Virus record (IMG/VR): IMGVR_UViG_3300032268_000986
Coordinates: 248,001 to 312,000 of that record
Reading direction: 5' to 3' (one strand)
DNA length: 64,000 nt
Shown here: positions 18,933-28,642 of the stretch, piece after piece
Numbering within the stretch: position 1 is the stretch's first letter
Layout: each line of letters begins with the position of its first letter
The notes under the pieces: model-generated
The model's database searches: none
What the model was told of the DNA's origin: nothing
What the model saw: the letters and a program-made list of their open reading frames with translations, nothing else
Translations under genes and position numbers: made by a program

Positions 18933-20215
18933 CCGCGAACTTGGTAATATGATTCTTGGTCAGATTCGGACAACAGATCCCACAACCTTGAATTGTAATC
19001 TTTCATTTCAATTCGAGTACGGTTGTCAAAATCTGCTGCCATGGTGAGATATTCATTCCACAAACGGTTATTGTCCGGACTATCACCCAAGCAAAATGCA
19101 TGCAGTCCTTCGATAAAAGTTCTAAATGTGTTCCATCCTGGATTGTCTGACGCCTGTGCAATTTGCAATGCACGATTGCATCTTTGGGCTAGTTCAAGTC
19201 GACATCGTTTTGGCATGACTTCCACGGCTGCATATTCGGGCCAGTGCAAATACATGATGCTAAAGTCTGGTTGTTGGTTGTGAGTTTTACCCCATTGATC
19301 CCAGTATTCAGCAATGCTGTCAATGTAAAACACATTACTCACGCTGATAACCAAATTGATGTTGAAATCAAATTGACCCGGATTGGCCTTTTTCAGATCC
19401 AGAGCTTGTTGTACAGTGCGTTCTATTCTTTCAAAACGTGCTGGCCAACGCACATAGTGATAGTTTTCCCCAACACTGTCAATGCTGAAGTTCAAGAACA
19501 CTCGACGAAATTTAGGAATAGCATCCACAAACATTTGATTGATACTGGTGCCATTGGTCGTGGCACTGAGGATCACTCGTTGTGAAAAGTCTTCGCCTAG
19601 ACTGTCCAAGAACTCCATTAGTCGATCCAGTCCAGGCTGTATCATGGATTCTCCGCCAGTCAAATTGATTTCAACAAATCGGTACGTGTTCAACACATCC
19701 ACTAGATACTGTTTAACAGTTGACCATATCACAGGATCATCGGTGATGTCCTGAACAAAATGATCCAGTGCTGGCTGTTTTAATACATCGGCTAGTAGGC
19801 TGCTGAATTCTGGTTGGCAACTTCGGCAAGCAAGATTACAAAGATTACTGAATTTGATAGTGACTCTGTTGGAGTCAGTTTGAGGAGAAAATTCTAAATT
19901 ACTGCTGAGTGTATTAACTGAATCTCGCATGCGCTCTGACACACTGTTGTGCTGTTCGCTGTGAACACATACATGACACTGACTGTTGGTTTTTTGATCC
20001 AGTACATCTTGCTTGATCTCTTGAAACAATTCTGAGAAAGGGCGACCAAATTCCAAATCATTTTCGCGCCAATTGCAACAGGGAATTGCTCGCATGCCAC
20101 GACTGCCTTGCAGTAAGAAAAGATTCTGAAATGGCTTTGCGCAGGCGCTGGGATTCTGCTTGAGCCAAACTATTTTTTGGTCGTATAAGGATGCGGGGTC
20201 GTTGTTGATTGCCAT
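18929..20215 (-). CDS. radical SAM enzyme with N-terminal twitch/SPASM-like Cys cluster
   Basis: C.KPF...PCC and C..C at N-terminus; CNLACRSC; TGGE; TTNGT; SIDSVG..Y.YVRW. Confidence 0.88.
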   Translation of the reverse strand: MAINNDPASLYDQKIVWLKQNPSACAKPFQNLFLLQGSRGMRAIPCCNWRENDLEFGRPFSELFQEIKQDVLDQKTNSQCHVCVHSEQHNSVSERMRDSVNTLSSNLEFSPQTDSNRVTIKFSNLCNLACRSCQPEFSSLLADVLKQPALDHFVQDITDDPVIWSTVKQYLVDVLNTYRFVEINLTGGESMIQPGLDRLMEFLDSLGEDFSQRVILSATTNGTSINQMFVDAIPKFRRVFLNFSIDSVGENYHYVRWPARFERIERTVQQALDLKKANPGQFDFNINLVISVSNVFYIDSIAEYWDQWGKTHNQQPDFSIMYLHWPEYAAVEVMPKRCRLELAQRCNRALQIAQASDNPGWNTFRTFIEGLHAFCLGDSPDNNRLWNEYLTMAADFDNRTRIEMKDYNSRLWDLLSESDQESYYQVRG

Positions 20216-20230
20216 GCCATGATTTATGTG

Positions 20231-20593
20231 TTAACCGGGACTGCGGTCTTTTTTCATGGCCGATTTGGCAGCTGTGGCCACAATGTCTTGTGCTTTGTTA
20301 ACTGGCATTTCTGTAGGAGCTGGTTCGCCCGAAGACTTAAATGTGATTGTGGTTGCACCAGGTTCCATGGGATTCAGCACCTGACTCAAGGGAGGTTGTC
20401 CCACTAGATCAGCCACGTTGTCCTGGCTGACATCTATGTCCAGGCTCTGTGCTAGATTGATAAAAGCGGCAACACTGATTTGTTTTTTGGCGCCGGTATC
20501 TTCGGCACGCCCATCAAGAAACTGCACCAGGCCCAACAATTGCTCAGGATCAGGTGTGGCCCCTGGAAAGTCTGCAACTTCAAATATTTTCAT
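20231..20593 (-). CDS. hypothetical late/virion protein (MKIFE...)
   Basis: Within late cluster; coupled to upstream gene. Confidence 0.7.
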   Translation of the reverse strand: MKIFEVADFPGATPDPEQLLGLVQFLDGRAEDTGAKKQISVAAFINLAQSLDIDVSQDNVADLVGQPPLSQVLNPMEPGATTITFKSSGEPAPTEMPVNKAQDIVATAAKSAMKKDRSPG

Positions 20594-21513
20594 CAGCGAC
20601 GAGCGCGACCTAGGCCTGCGCCACCTGCAGGTTCTTCAGCGTCCATGTCTGCGCCAGCATCGGCAGCAGCAGCGTCAAGATCATCCATGCCAGGTTCAGC
20701 ACCGGCTTCGGCACCAGCAACACCGGCAGCAGCCATGTCACCGGCAGCAGCGTCAACACCAGCGGCAGCAGCCGCCATGTCACCAGCCATGGCACCTGCA
20801 GGTGCTTGCCCAGTAACTACGCCTAGAGCAGCATCAAGTTGTTGCTTGGCACCTTGAATATTTTGCAACATTCCAGTGAGAGCCGCAGTGGCGTCAGAGT
20901 TGAATTGTGCTGCTTGATCAACACCAATTTGGTTCTTGATCGAGTCGACTAGGGCAGGCAGTTCTTTGAACTGTAATTCACTGACATCTTCCAGCATGCC
21001 TTGCATTTTGTCCACCATGTCTTGAGCAGCCAAGACAACTTGAGCTTGTTGAACTTCACTTTCTTTCAGCATGCGGTATGCATTGCGCAAACGACTTTCA
21101 GCTTTCATGAGAGCAGCACCGGCTACCATTTTTTGTTCATCAGGATTCAGTGTTTGGCCAGCAGCTGATTTTTTAAGAGCAGCAGCCAATTTGGGGTCTT
21201 TGACCTTGGCCACGGCCTGTGCAGGATCTGTTTGCTGTGCTTGTTGTCCAGGTGGGATTGGCAGGTCTTCTGATAACCTAGTTATCAATGCTTGTTCCAT
21301 CATGACCAATTGCAGATATTGAGGATTTTGTTCGCTGGTGTGGCGAGCACTGCTCTTGCGAGCTTCGCCAAGAATACCACGTACCTTGGTCAACATGGCA
21401 CGAGTTTGACCAGTGGTGAGACGGTCAAACTTGATGTTGTTACCAAAGTAACTTTCAAATACTTTAGCTATTTGCTTTGCTGGCTTGGGAGCCGAGAGTT
21501 CTTGCAGTTTCAT
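20593..21513 (-). CDS. putative head-internal/scaffold-like protein (MKLQE...), Ala-rich acidic tail
   Basis: GAGG RBS, TAAATA upstream, helical with several (L/M)xE sites. Confidence 0.6.
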   Translation of the reverse strand: MKLQELSAPKPAKQIAKVFESYFGNNIKFDRLTTGQTRAMLTKVRGILGEARKSSARHTSEQNPQYLQLVMMEQALITRLSEDLPIPPGQQAQQTDPAQAVAKVKDPKLAAALKKSAAGQTLNPDEQKMVAGAALMKAESRLRNAYRMLKESEVQQAQVVLAAQDMVDKMQGMLEDVSELQFKELPALVDSIKNQIGVDQAAQFNSDATAALTGMLQNIQGAKQQLDAALGVVTGQAPAGAMAGDMAAAAAGVDAAAGDMAAAGVAGAEAGAEPGMDDLDAAAADAGADMDAEEPAGGAGLGRARR

Positions 21514-21961
21514 TATTGAATCCTCTAATTTGCAGGTATTTAGCCTGATTTATACATTTTTCCAATTCAGTATTTACATAACGTAGTCGCTGAATCTTGG
21601 GCTCTAGCTTGGTTGTCACTGTTTCTTTAAACTCAGTGTCACGGCTGCGATCACGCAGAGTCATGCGACAGTGCAGGTCATTGACCAATCCTTGACGTCG
21701 CTGATCCAATTGTTGTATTTCTCGAGCTAGATTGTATTTTTTAAACTTGTCAGCTGTACACCAACTCATTGCAGTGCGTTGATTACTGAATTTGCCATGA
21801 TCTTGATCTGGTGTAGAAACTGTGACAGATTCACGAGTTTGATGTATTACATAAACACCAAATGCCACTACAGTACCGTTGCCATTGTCAACCACCATGT
21901 GCTGTATGTTTCGACGCAGTTCACGGTCAGCAAATCGTTCTAGCTTTTCTGTTGGGGTCAT
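21464..21961 (-). CDS. hypothetical protein (165 aa)
   Basis: ORF coupled by ATGA overlap. Confidence 0.7.
   Translation of the reverse strand: MTPTEKLERFADRELRRNIQHMVVDNGNGTVVAFGVYVIHQTRESVTVSTPDQDHGKFSNQRTAMSWCTADKFKKYNLAREIQQLDQRRQGLVNDLHCRMTLRDRSRDTEFKETVTTKLEPKIQRLRYVNTELEKCINQAKYLQIRGFNNETARTLGSQASKANS
21537..21542 (-). promoter_or_regulatory. TAAATA late-promoter-like motif
   Basis: 23 nt upstream of the 20593..21513 start. Confidence 0.5.
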
Positions 21962-22221
21962 TTCAAAACATATTGTTGCAGCATCCAGGCCACGGCAGCA
22001 AGCAAACTACCAATGATAGCTACTCCCCAGCCAATGATCTGATCATTGCGTTTGCTGGACATTGAGTCTATTTTTGTGCCAATGCCGTCGAGATTTTCTT
22101 TGACTTCGTTTACTGAGAACTCCACAACTCCCAGTTTGTGCTCCAGCATTTTATAACGTTCGGCGCACAGCTCAACATGAGCCTCCAAACTGTGTTTTTC
22201 AATTTCTGTGGTTTCAGACAT
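21958..22221 (-). CDS. small coiled-coil protein with C-terminal transmembrane helix
   Basis: SLEAHVELCAERY coiled coil; IIGWGVAIIGSLLAAVAWML. Confidence 0.7.
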   Translation of the reverse strand: MSETTEIEKHSLEAHVELCAERYKMLEHKLGVVEFSVNEVKENLDGIGTKIDSMSSKRNDQIIGWGVAIIGSLLAAVAWMLQQYVLK

Positions 22222-22657
22222 GAGAATTCTCCATTGCTGTATTTACCAATTCAAACCAAATGTTTTGTGTTTGTCCCTGGATAATCAAGCAAGGGTCAAT
22301 GCCGTATTCTTCATCTAGATTGATGATCATGGGCACACGGTCACAATCATGTTTGAGACCAGCCAAGGGATCATCACTGTCTGACAATCCGTAAACACCT
22401 TCAGATTCTGTGATAAAAGTAAATTCCCAGGTTCCGGCGTCACACACAGGATTGGATAACTCAAACGGTTGTGTTCTCAAACCAATGATTTGCAATAGTG
22501 TTTCCCAGTTGCGTTGTTGATTGCGACTCTTGTTCCAGTCATGTTGATTGCGCACCCACTGTCCAGCATGATCTTGAAACGGCATGGCTGTGGCTTTGAA
22601 ATGTCCAGTGACACCGGTGCGGCTGCAATCAAAAAGGGTACGACACAATATTTTCAT
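22214..22657 (-). CDS. hypothetical late protein (147 aa)
   Basis: TAAATA 8 nt upstream of ATG. Confidence 0.7.
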   Translation of the reverse strand: MKILCRTLFDCSRTGVTGHFKATAMPFQDHAGQWVRNQHDWNKSRNQQRNWETLLQIIGLRTQPFELSNPVCDAGTWEFTFITESEGVYGLSDSDDPLAGLKHDCDRVPMIINLDEEYGIDPCLIIQGQTQNIWFELVNTAMENSHV

Positions 22658-22665
22658 TCTGCCAG

Positions 22666-22671
22666 TATTTA
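22666..22671 (-). promoter_or_regulatory. TAAATA late-promoter-like motif, 8 nt before ATG
   Basis: TAAATA ctggcaga ATG. Confidence 0.5.
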
Positions 22672-22677
22672 ACGGTC

Positions 22678-22706
22678 AAAGAAAAGCCCTGGAATATTCC
22701 AGGGCT
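22678..22706 (-). terminator. Rho-independent terminator
   Basis: Perfect palindrome AGCCCTGGAATATTCCAGGGCT followed by TTTTCTTT on the minus strand. Confidence 0.85.
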
Positions 22707-22724
22707 GTTCGGTACTAGCGCGGA

Positions 22725-23123
22725 TTAAACGTTAGTGAAAGTAGCTGAGCCAGCAACGTTGGCAGTTGGGATACCAATAGCAGCGTTGGCTGTTTGAGCA
22801 GCAGCAACTAGAGTAGCTGTGGTGTATGCGCCTGTTGGGAACAGAGCGATATTCAACACAGTAGGAGCACTGGGAGTAACTTGATACATTGCCACAGTAG
22901 CAGTTTGTTGAACTGCTTGGATAACGTTGGCGATATAGCCGTTAACACCACCTTGAGCAATCAGAGTAGCGTTGGCGGTCAAGCTGAAAAATTCCAGCTT
23001 TGGACCAGCTGGTTGTACTGGACCGTTGGCAGCAATGTTGCTGGTTGGAGCCAAGGGACCGTTTTGTACGTCCAATGCAAATACTGGTTGTGCATCACCA
23101 TTAACACGAGTAAAATAAGCCAT
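22725..23123 (-). CDS. putative abundant virion protein (capsid decoration-like, 132 aa)
   Basis: Own TAAATA motif, AAAGGAAA RBS, strong terminator, Ala/Thr/Val-rich composition. Confidence 0.55.
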   Translation of the reverse strand: MAYFTRVNGDAQPVFALDVQNGPLAPTSNIAANGPVQPAGPKLEFFSLTANATLIAQGGVNGYIANVIQAVQQTATVAMYQVTPSAPTVLNIALFPTGAYTTATLVAAAQTANAAIGIPTANVAGSATFTNV

Positions 23124-23166
23124 GATAAAATTTCCTTTAAGTTTATAGGCGTTTAAGCCCTACACT

Positions 23167-23172
23167 TATTTA
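23167..23172 (-). promoter_or_regulatory. TAAATA late-promoter-like motif
   Basis: Intergenic, upstream of 22725..23123. Confidence 0.55.
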
Positions 23173-23193
23173 GTCATTTGGTAAAAATCATGC

Positions 23194-25119
23194 CTATTGA
23201 GGGTTGTTTCGGGCACGATTTCTAGCTGTGAAATCAAAGCGGTTCACAGCCTTGGCATAGCCGCTGGGGGTGGCCATGACCCAACCTTCATTGCCCGGAC
23301 TCTGTCGATCCAGCTGTTGTAGCACATCCATTTTGAGATCATGCAACAACAAGAACAGTGTAAACGCCGCTGCCATGCCTTCGGTGTTGGAACTGGGGCT
23401 CTTGAGATATTCAATAATATTGGCGAATTTTCTAGGGCTGACCTTGCTCTGCAGCCACTTGCCAAACTCGCCCAGGAGATTTTCAAAGTGTCCAGTTCCA
23501 ATTCTGTAGTTGATATAGTCCACACACAACTTGGCCAAGTCAGTGATCTGCTGTGATCGTAATTCTGCAGGATTAAACAAGGTGTCAATTGCAGCACCTT
23601 GAGTGCTCAACAGTGATTTGATTTCTTTGATCAACGGTTTGTCGGGCGTGATTTCATTGCCGTATATGGGTTCAATCAACAACAGGCCTGGAACATCCGC
23701 AAACTTCACACCACTGAGTGGTTGTCGAGCATCACCTTGATCTGCATACATGCTGTGCATGGCAATGCCCACTGTGCTGGCTCCAATGCGCTGACCCAAG
23801 GAACTTTGAGCTGGAATTCTGTACTCAACAGTGTTGGGTTGGAACACATAGTTGCCCGACACTTCGGGTGGGGTGTCCATGTACAACAGGTCGCCTTTGG
23901 CATAGCCCCGGAAGTTGGCAGGAGTTGCTGCTTCCAGCATGGGCCACAGTGTGGCATACAGCTGAATCAATTCCCGACGATCACCTGATCTCATGTTCAT
24001 GAATTGTGCCAGTTGATCTACGCTGGTGGCAAGTCCGTCATAGCCCTTGGCTTCAAATCCTGATCCGTCAGTGAGCACAAACTCGCCTGTGCTGGGTTTG
24101 CGCCCAAATATGATAGCAGGCTTGCCGTCCCACTTCACTGTGGTGGTGCCGCCGGGGTTGGCAGCCGCTGCATCAATGATGGACAGAGCTTCGCGCACAC
24201 CCTGTGACCCTTTACGGAACACCAAATCTTCCAAGTGTTCAATGCCCTTGGCTCTGCCGCCTACACCGGCAGCTTCTGCTTCGTACAAACGATAGGGATC
24301 AGCAGAAACCGGAGCTTCGACTATGGCCTGCATGCCTTGATTCACAATGCGGTCACGCAAGCGGGCCAGGAAATTCACATCATTCTCTTTGACCACTTCA
24401 GGTTCGCTGGCACCCTCTCTCTGAAGGTATTCACGAAAATCTGCCAGCTTGGCATCACGCTGGGGATCAGCCGACAGAGCATTGTAAATGGTTTCTACGT
24501 TTTTTAAACTTTTACGGTCATGCCCTTTGCCCAACAGCACTGATGCCACATAGTCGGGATCCAGACCATGGTTGACCAGTTGATTGGTTGCACGACTAAA
24601 CATGCCATTGGCGCCGACCTTGAGTCCCAGACTCTTGGCCACGGAACTTACAAGTACATTGCGCATGACACCCTTGTAGGCAGAATCTGTGCCACCGCCA
24701 TAGTAGTATGTGCCCCAGTCCACGTTGGGGAAAAACATAAAGTCTGTTTGCACAAAGCCTTGATCAGGGTCACCGTTGATGGGAGTTTTGAAATGTACTT
24801 CGCCGGCTTTTTTCACCCACTCACGCGGATCCTGTCCCTGACTGGTGACAAACTGTGTTAGCTTGGCGGCAACGGCTTCCTTGGAGGCTTCGTTGGTGTC
24901 AATGGCAATGTCAAGATCGCCCGACGATTCTTTTTTGCCGGTGCTGCCCAACCAGCGGCTGGGATATCCTGTGTCAGTGTCCTCTGGCCCCGACAGGTCC
25001 ATGTTCAACACTGATTCCAACCACTGAATGGTTCCAGGAATGTCGGCCTGGTTGATTCTCTGGGTCAGTGGTAGGCCCATTTTGTCTTTGAATACGTTGC
25101 CACCTTCAAATACGTTCAT
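23194..25119 (-). CDS. two-domain protein: Pol beta/Pol X-like nucleotidyltransferase fused to ligase-like KxDG domain (DUF6267-like)
   Basis: LGSTGKKESSGDLD (G58,S59,D68,D70) plus VQTD126; second domain IEHLED, TVK329WDG, KGDLLY. Confidence 0.7.
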   Translation of the reverse strand: MNVFEGGNVFKDKMGLPLTQRINQADIPGTIQWLESVLNMDLSGPEDTDTGYPSRWLGSTGKKESSGDLDIAIDTNEASKEAVAAKLTQFVTSQGQDPREWVKKAGEVHFKTPINGDPDQGFVQTDFMFFPNVDWGTYYYGGGTDSAYKGVMRNVLVSSVAKSLGLKVGANGMFSRATNQLVNHGLDPDYVASVLLGKGHDRKSLKNVETIYNALSADPQRDAKLADFREYLQREGASEPEVVKENDVNFLARLRDRIVNQGMQAIVEAPVSADPYRLYEAEAAGVGGRAKGIEHLEDLVFRKGSQGVREALSIIDAAAANPGGTTTVKWDGKPAIIFGRKPSTGEFVLTDGSGFEAKGYDGLATSVDQLAQFMNMRSGDRRELIQLYATLWPMLEAATPANFRGYAKGDLLYMDTPPEVSGNYVFQPNTVEYRIPAQSSLGQRIGASTVGIAMHSMYADQGDARQPLSGVKFADVPGLLLIEPIYGNEITPDKPLIKEIKSLLSTQGAAIDTLFNPAELRSQQITDLAKLCVDYINYRIGTGHFENLLGEFGKWLQSKVSPRKFANIIEYLKSPSSNTEGMAAAFTLFLLLHDLKMDVLQQLDRQSPGNEGWVMATPSGYAKAVNRFDFTARNRARNNPQ

Positions 25120-25967
25120 AGTAACTTTGCTGCTTTCAAAAGACTGTCCACCATGGGAGAACCTGTGCTGGTGATATTTAATTTTTGTCCTGACTGTTTT
25201 ACCTCGGCATTGAGCTTCATGAGTCCGGCAGCATCAACTCCCATGGCCTGCATGGCAGCATTGAGTTGAGGATCTGCGGCTGGGTTGGTTGCGGCGGCTC
25301 TAGTAGAAGCATCACGCTGAAACTGTGCCATGCTTGTGGCTGTGTGCATCAGCCCGGCTAATTCCTGCCAGGACTTTTGATTTAAATCTTTCAAGGTCTT
25401 GGCGGTGTTGCCAGGATCCTTTGCCGTGTTGATCAGCTTGGTAATTGCATTGTCAATTCGTTGCACAATGTCTCGGGCCATTTGTTGGCCTTTTCCGCCC
25501 ATGCTGGCAGGATCAACGCTGGCTGCTAGCTTTTTATAATCATTTCCCAGAGCTTTTAGATCATTGTTGACCATTTTTGTTGCAATGGCAGTTAAATTAT
25601 TGCCGTCTAATTGACTTATGTCAGTAGTTTTTTCATTGTTCATGGCAGCGGCCAAGGTCTGATCCCACAGCTGGGCTTTTTCCTGGGCCATTTGCTTGAT
25701 CAAGGGTGCTGTTGCGCCAGTGGCTGCTTGTTGAGCATAGCCTGGAGCCACAGTGGCACCAGCTGTGGCACCACCAATATTGGTGCCTAAATTTTGATTC
25801 ATGCTCTGCGCTAGAGCCGATGCAACTGGATTCTGCGCTATGCGATCGCCAATCTTACCGGCAGCTGATTTCACTTGATTGCCAATCTTGCCAGCAGCTG
25901 ATTTTATGTTGCTCAAAGATATTGCTTCATTGGTTTGTCGGGGGCGAGTTAGTTCATGAATCTGCAT
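25116..25967 (-). CDS. putative head-internal protein (MQIHE...); start probably 25967
   Basis: GGAG RBS before MQIHEL; Ala/Gln-rich helical; short internal repeat KSAAGKIG x2. Confidence 0.6.
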   Translation of the reverse strand: MQIHELTRPRQTNEAISLSNIKSAAGKIGNQVKSAAGKIGDRIAQNPVASALAQSMNQNLGTNIGGATAGATVAPGYAQQAATGATAPLIKQMAQEKAQLWDQTLAAAMNNEKTTDISQLDGNNLTAIATKMVNNDLKALGNDYKKLAASVDPASMGGKGQQMARDIVQRIDNAITKLINTAKDPGNTAKTLKDLNQKSWQELAGLMHTATSMAQFQRDASTRAAATNPAADPQLNAAMQAMGVDAAGLMKLNAEVKQSGQKLNITSTGSPMVDSLLKAAKLL

Positions 25968-26202
25968 GTGTTCTCCGTACTGATCTAGCAAACTTGCCGG
26001 TGTCTCGAGTGCGTATTGCATTCAACAATTTACGAGTGAGATTTTCTGCTTGCTCAGGTGTGTACTCTGCATCAATTTGTTCCAGCAAACGTATAGCAGT
26101 CTCGATGAGGGTGCTGGCACGATTTTCGATGATCAATCTACGATCACGCTCAACGTACATGCTATCAAGTTCTTCAAGAATGCTGCGGGTTCTTTTTTGC
26201 AT
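25954..26202 (-). CDS. small helical late protein (MQKRTRSILEE...); start probably 26202
   Basis: TAAATA at 26220..26225 upstream. Confidence 0.65.
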   Translation of the reverse strand: MQKRTRSILEELDSMYVERDRRLIIENRASTLIETAIRLLEQIDAEYTPEQAENLTRKLLNAIRTRDTGKFARSVRRTHADS

Positions 26203-26219
26203 TATATCAGCCTTTTGAT

Positions 26220-26249
26220 TATTTAGCGCATTGGGGCTAACGATAAATA
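26220..26249. promoter_or_regulatory. divergent pair of TAAATA motifs (minus 26220..26225, plus 26244..26249)
   Basis: Back-to-back motifs in the 68-nt gap between divergent late genes. Confidence 0.6.
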
Positions 26250-26270
26250 TCTGCAACACAAGGATCTCAA

Positions 26271-27203
26271 ATGACCAGCGCAATCAACCCCAACAACATC
26301 GACGGTGCTTATCCCATTGCCGGGCAGCCCAACAACACCCAAGGCATGCGGGACAACTTCACCGCCACAAAAACCAATTTTCAGTATGCAGCCGACGAAA
26401 TCACTGACTTGCAGAGCAAGGTTGTGGTTAAATCTGCTCTAACCGGCGGTACTATAGACAACAACATGAATGACAACCTCATTTATGCTGTCAAACTCAA
26501 TGATGTCAGTTACACTTATTTGCAAAATACAGCCACTGCGGGCACAGTCACAATAGACTATTCTGCAGGACAATATCAATTCCTTACAACTACAGGCAGC
26601 GTTTCCCTGAGTTTTGCCAACTGGCCCGTGGCCGGTGATACTGGCAGCGTGGACATTGCTGTGAACATCACCAACACTGCTTACACATTGACCCTGCCCT
26701 CGGCAGTCAGCCTGGGCACCGCCGGAGTTCAAGGCTACAGCGCAAATGTGATCACATTTGCTGCCACTGGCACCTATCAGTTCCGTTTCTCCACAGCCGA
26801 CAGCGGCACCACCATAACCATATTTGATTTGAATCGTCCTTTGTTAGCAGCCGAAGGGCAAACAATTGGATATCAGGGAGCAGCTGGTACAGGCGGCACA
26901 GTAACACAAGCAACCAACAAAGCCACAGGTGTAACGTTAAACAAACCTGTTGGACAAATTACCCTAAACAATGCATCGCTAGCGGCTGCCACTACAGTGA
27001 ATTTTACCTTGACCAATTCCTACATTGGCAACACTGACCTGCTGATAATCAATCAAACCAGCACAGCCAACGCAGGCGGTTACTATTTTAATGCAATATG
27101 TAATGCGGGCAATGCACAAGTGTCTGTGCGCAATATCATGGCAGCATCAGCAAGTGATGCTGTGGTGGTACGTTATGCTGTGGTCAAGGGCGAAATAGCT
27201 TAA
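26271..27203 (+). CDS. putative tail/fibre structural protein
   Basis: N-terminal NN.QG.RDNF..TK.N..YA..EI..LQ; C-terminal GG.VTQAT.K.TGVTLNK.VGQITLNNA.LAA module; Thr/Asn/Gly-rich. Confidence 0.65.
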   Translation: MTSAINPNNIDGAYPIAGQPNNTQGMRDNFTATKTNFQYAADEITDLQSKVVVKSALTGGTIDNNMNDNLIYAVKLNDVSYTYLQNTATAGTVTIDYSAGQYQFLTTTGSVSLSFANWPVAGDTGSVDIAVNITNTAYTLTLPSAVSLGTAGVQGYSANVITFAATGTYQFRFSTADSGTTITIFDLNRPLLAAEGQTIGYQGAAGTGGTVTQATNKATGVTLNKPVGQITLNNASLAAATTVNFTLTNSYIGNTDLLIINQTSTANAGGYYFNAICNAGNAQVSVRNIMAASASDAVVVRYAVVKGEIA

Positions 27204-28642
27204 TTTGATTTGATCTGTCCCAGCAGTTGTTTGAGCTTGGCGCTTTGAACATCTGCTGTTACTTTAGACCCCTGCTCCCATGCAGGGGTTCCTGTGGCAC
27301 GTTCCCAAGGCTGGTTGGCGGTTTCTCCCTCAGTAGCACTGCCTTGGGCAGGTTTTGCACTACTACGTGCCTTGATTGAATCCATGATTGAACTTTGTGG
27401 GCGGTTGGCTTCTTCTCCGCCTTCGTCAGTAATGCGCATTGTTTCAACATTGTACTCCAGATCAATTTTTTGACCAACGCCGGTCGAGCTTCGAGATTTC
27501 ATGCACTGTATCTGATACTTGCCACGTTCACGCATGGCGCGACTTGTAAAGATACCAAACACATTGTCAGCTGTGTTGATTTTACTGATACCACCCGAAA
27601 TGTGCGAGTGATCAAATTCAATCTCTTCCACAGCCGATCGATTCAACTGTGACGCTGTGACCATCAAGATACCCAGCTCTTTGGCCAAGTTACGCAATTC
27701 TTCCGATACATACTTGTCTTTGACAAACAAGTCGTTGGGACTGACCTTGGCACTCACAGGCATCAACAAGTCCAGGTAGTCAATCATCATGAAGTCCACT
27801 CGATGCCCAGTCTTGATCTGATATTCTTTCAAGAAACTGCGAATGTCGTTGATGTTGCTCTGCGCCGGCAAGGCCTTGACTTGATAGCTGCCGGCCTTTT
27901 TGCCCACCAGCTTGATCTTGAGTGCTGCTGTTTCTTTTTCTTTGCGAATGTCCTTGGTTGACATATTGGTCAACATGGCTGCTGTTCTCAAACCTGTGAG
28001 CTCTTCACTCAGTTCCAGAGTGATGTATACACCATGCAAGCCCAGTTGTACCCAGTTCAGGGCAATGTTCATCATCACAAGTGATTTGCCCGAGCCTGAT
28101 CCGCCGGCAAAGATATTGAGTTCACCACGGCTGAATCCGCCGTACAACAGTCGATCCATTTGTGGCCATCCTGTTGATACTTGGCCGCCTGCATCAAAGT
28201 ACCGGGCAAACATGGCTTCAGGATCAAGCCAAAAATCAGTGCCTAGATCCTTGGTCAAACTGATCTGTACAGCATCCTTTATGAGCTTTTCCACTGGATC
28301 AAACTCGCCCTTTTCCAGCAAGTCTGCGGCCTTGAGGATTGCACGTTCAAGCTCTTGGCGCTTGGTAAAGTTTTCAAATTCTTGCAAGAACCACTCGTAG
28401 TGTCCTTCATTCAAGTCTGGCACAGCTTCTAGTTTGACCCCGGTGGCCGCCGAGATCTGTGTGCGTTCAGGCAAGGTCTTGAACTTGTCTGAGTGCTCAA
28501 GAATGAACTTGGCGGCTGGACGTAGGCTGCGATCAAAGTTTTCTGGATTGTAGATGTTTTGAACACGCACATAGCTCTGTGCATCTTCTAGCATCATTTC
28601 TAGAAACAGTTTTTGTACTTCAATTCCGAATTCTTTTAACAA
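27200..28642 (-). CDS. gp41: replicative DnaB-like helicase (T4 gp41-like)
   Basis: Walker A GGSGSGKS, YITLELSE, IDYLDL, TASQLNR, SGGISKINTAD. Confidence 0.93.
   Translation of the reverse strand: MLKEFGIEVQKLFLEMMLEDAQSYVRVQNIYNPENFDRSLRPAAKFILEHSDKFKTLPERTQISAATGVKLEAVPDLNEGHYEWFLQEFENFTKRQELERAILKAADLLEKGEFDPVEKLIKDAVQISLTKDLGTDFWLDPEAMFARYFDAGGQVSTGWPQMDRLLYGGFSRGELNIFAGGSGSGKSLVMMNIALNWVQLGLHGVYITLELSEELTGLRTAAMLTNMSTKDIRKEKETAALKIKLVGKKAGSYQVKALPAQSNINDIRSFLKEYQIKTGHRVDFMMIDYLDLLMPVSAKVSPNDLFVKDKYVSEELRNLAKELGILMVTASQLNRSAVEEIEFDHSHISGGISKINTADNVFGIFTSRAMRERGKYQIQCMKSRSSTGVGQKIDLEYNVETMRITDEGGEEANRPQSSIMDSIKARSSAKPAQGSATEGETANQPWERATGTPAWEQGSKVTADVQSAKLKQLLGQIKSN

Noticed and set aside
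20418-20857. Repetitive plus-strand ORFs (QQH/RQQ- and APAS-rich)
   Set aside because: They are antisense products of the Ala/Gly/Asp-rich low-complexity tail of 20593..21513
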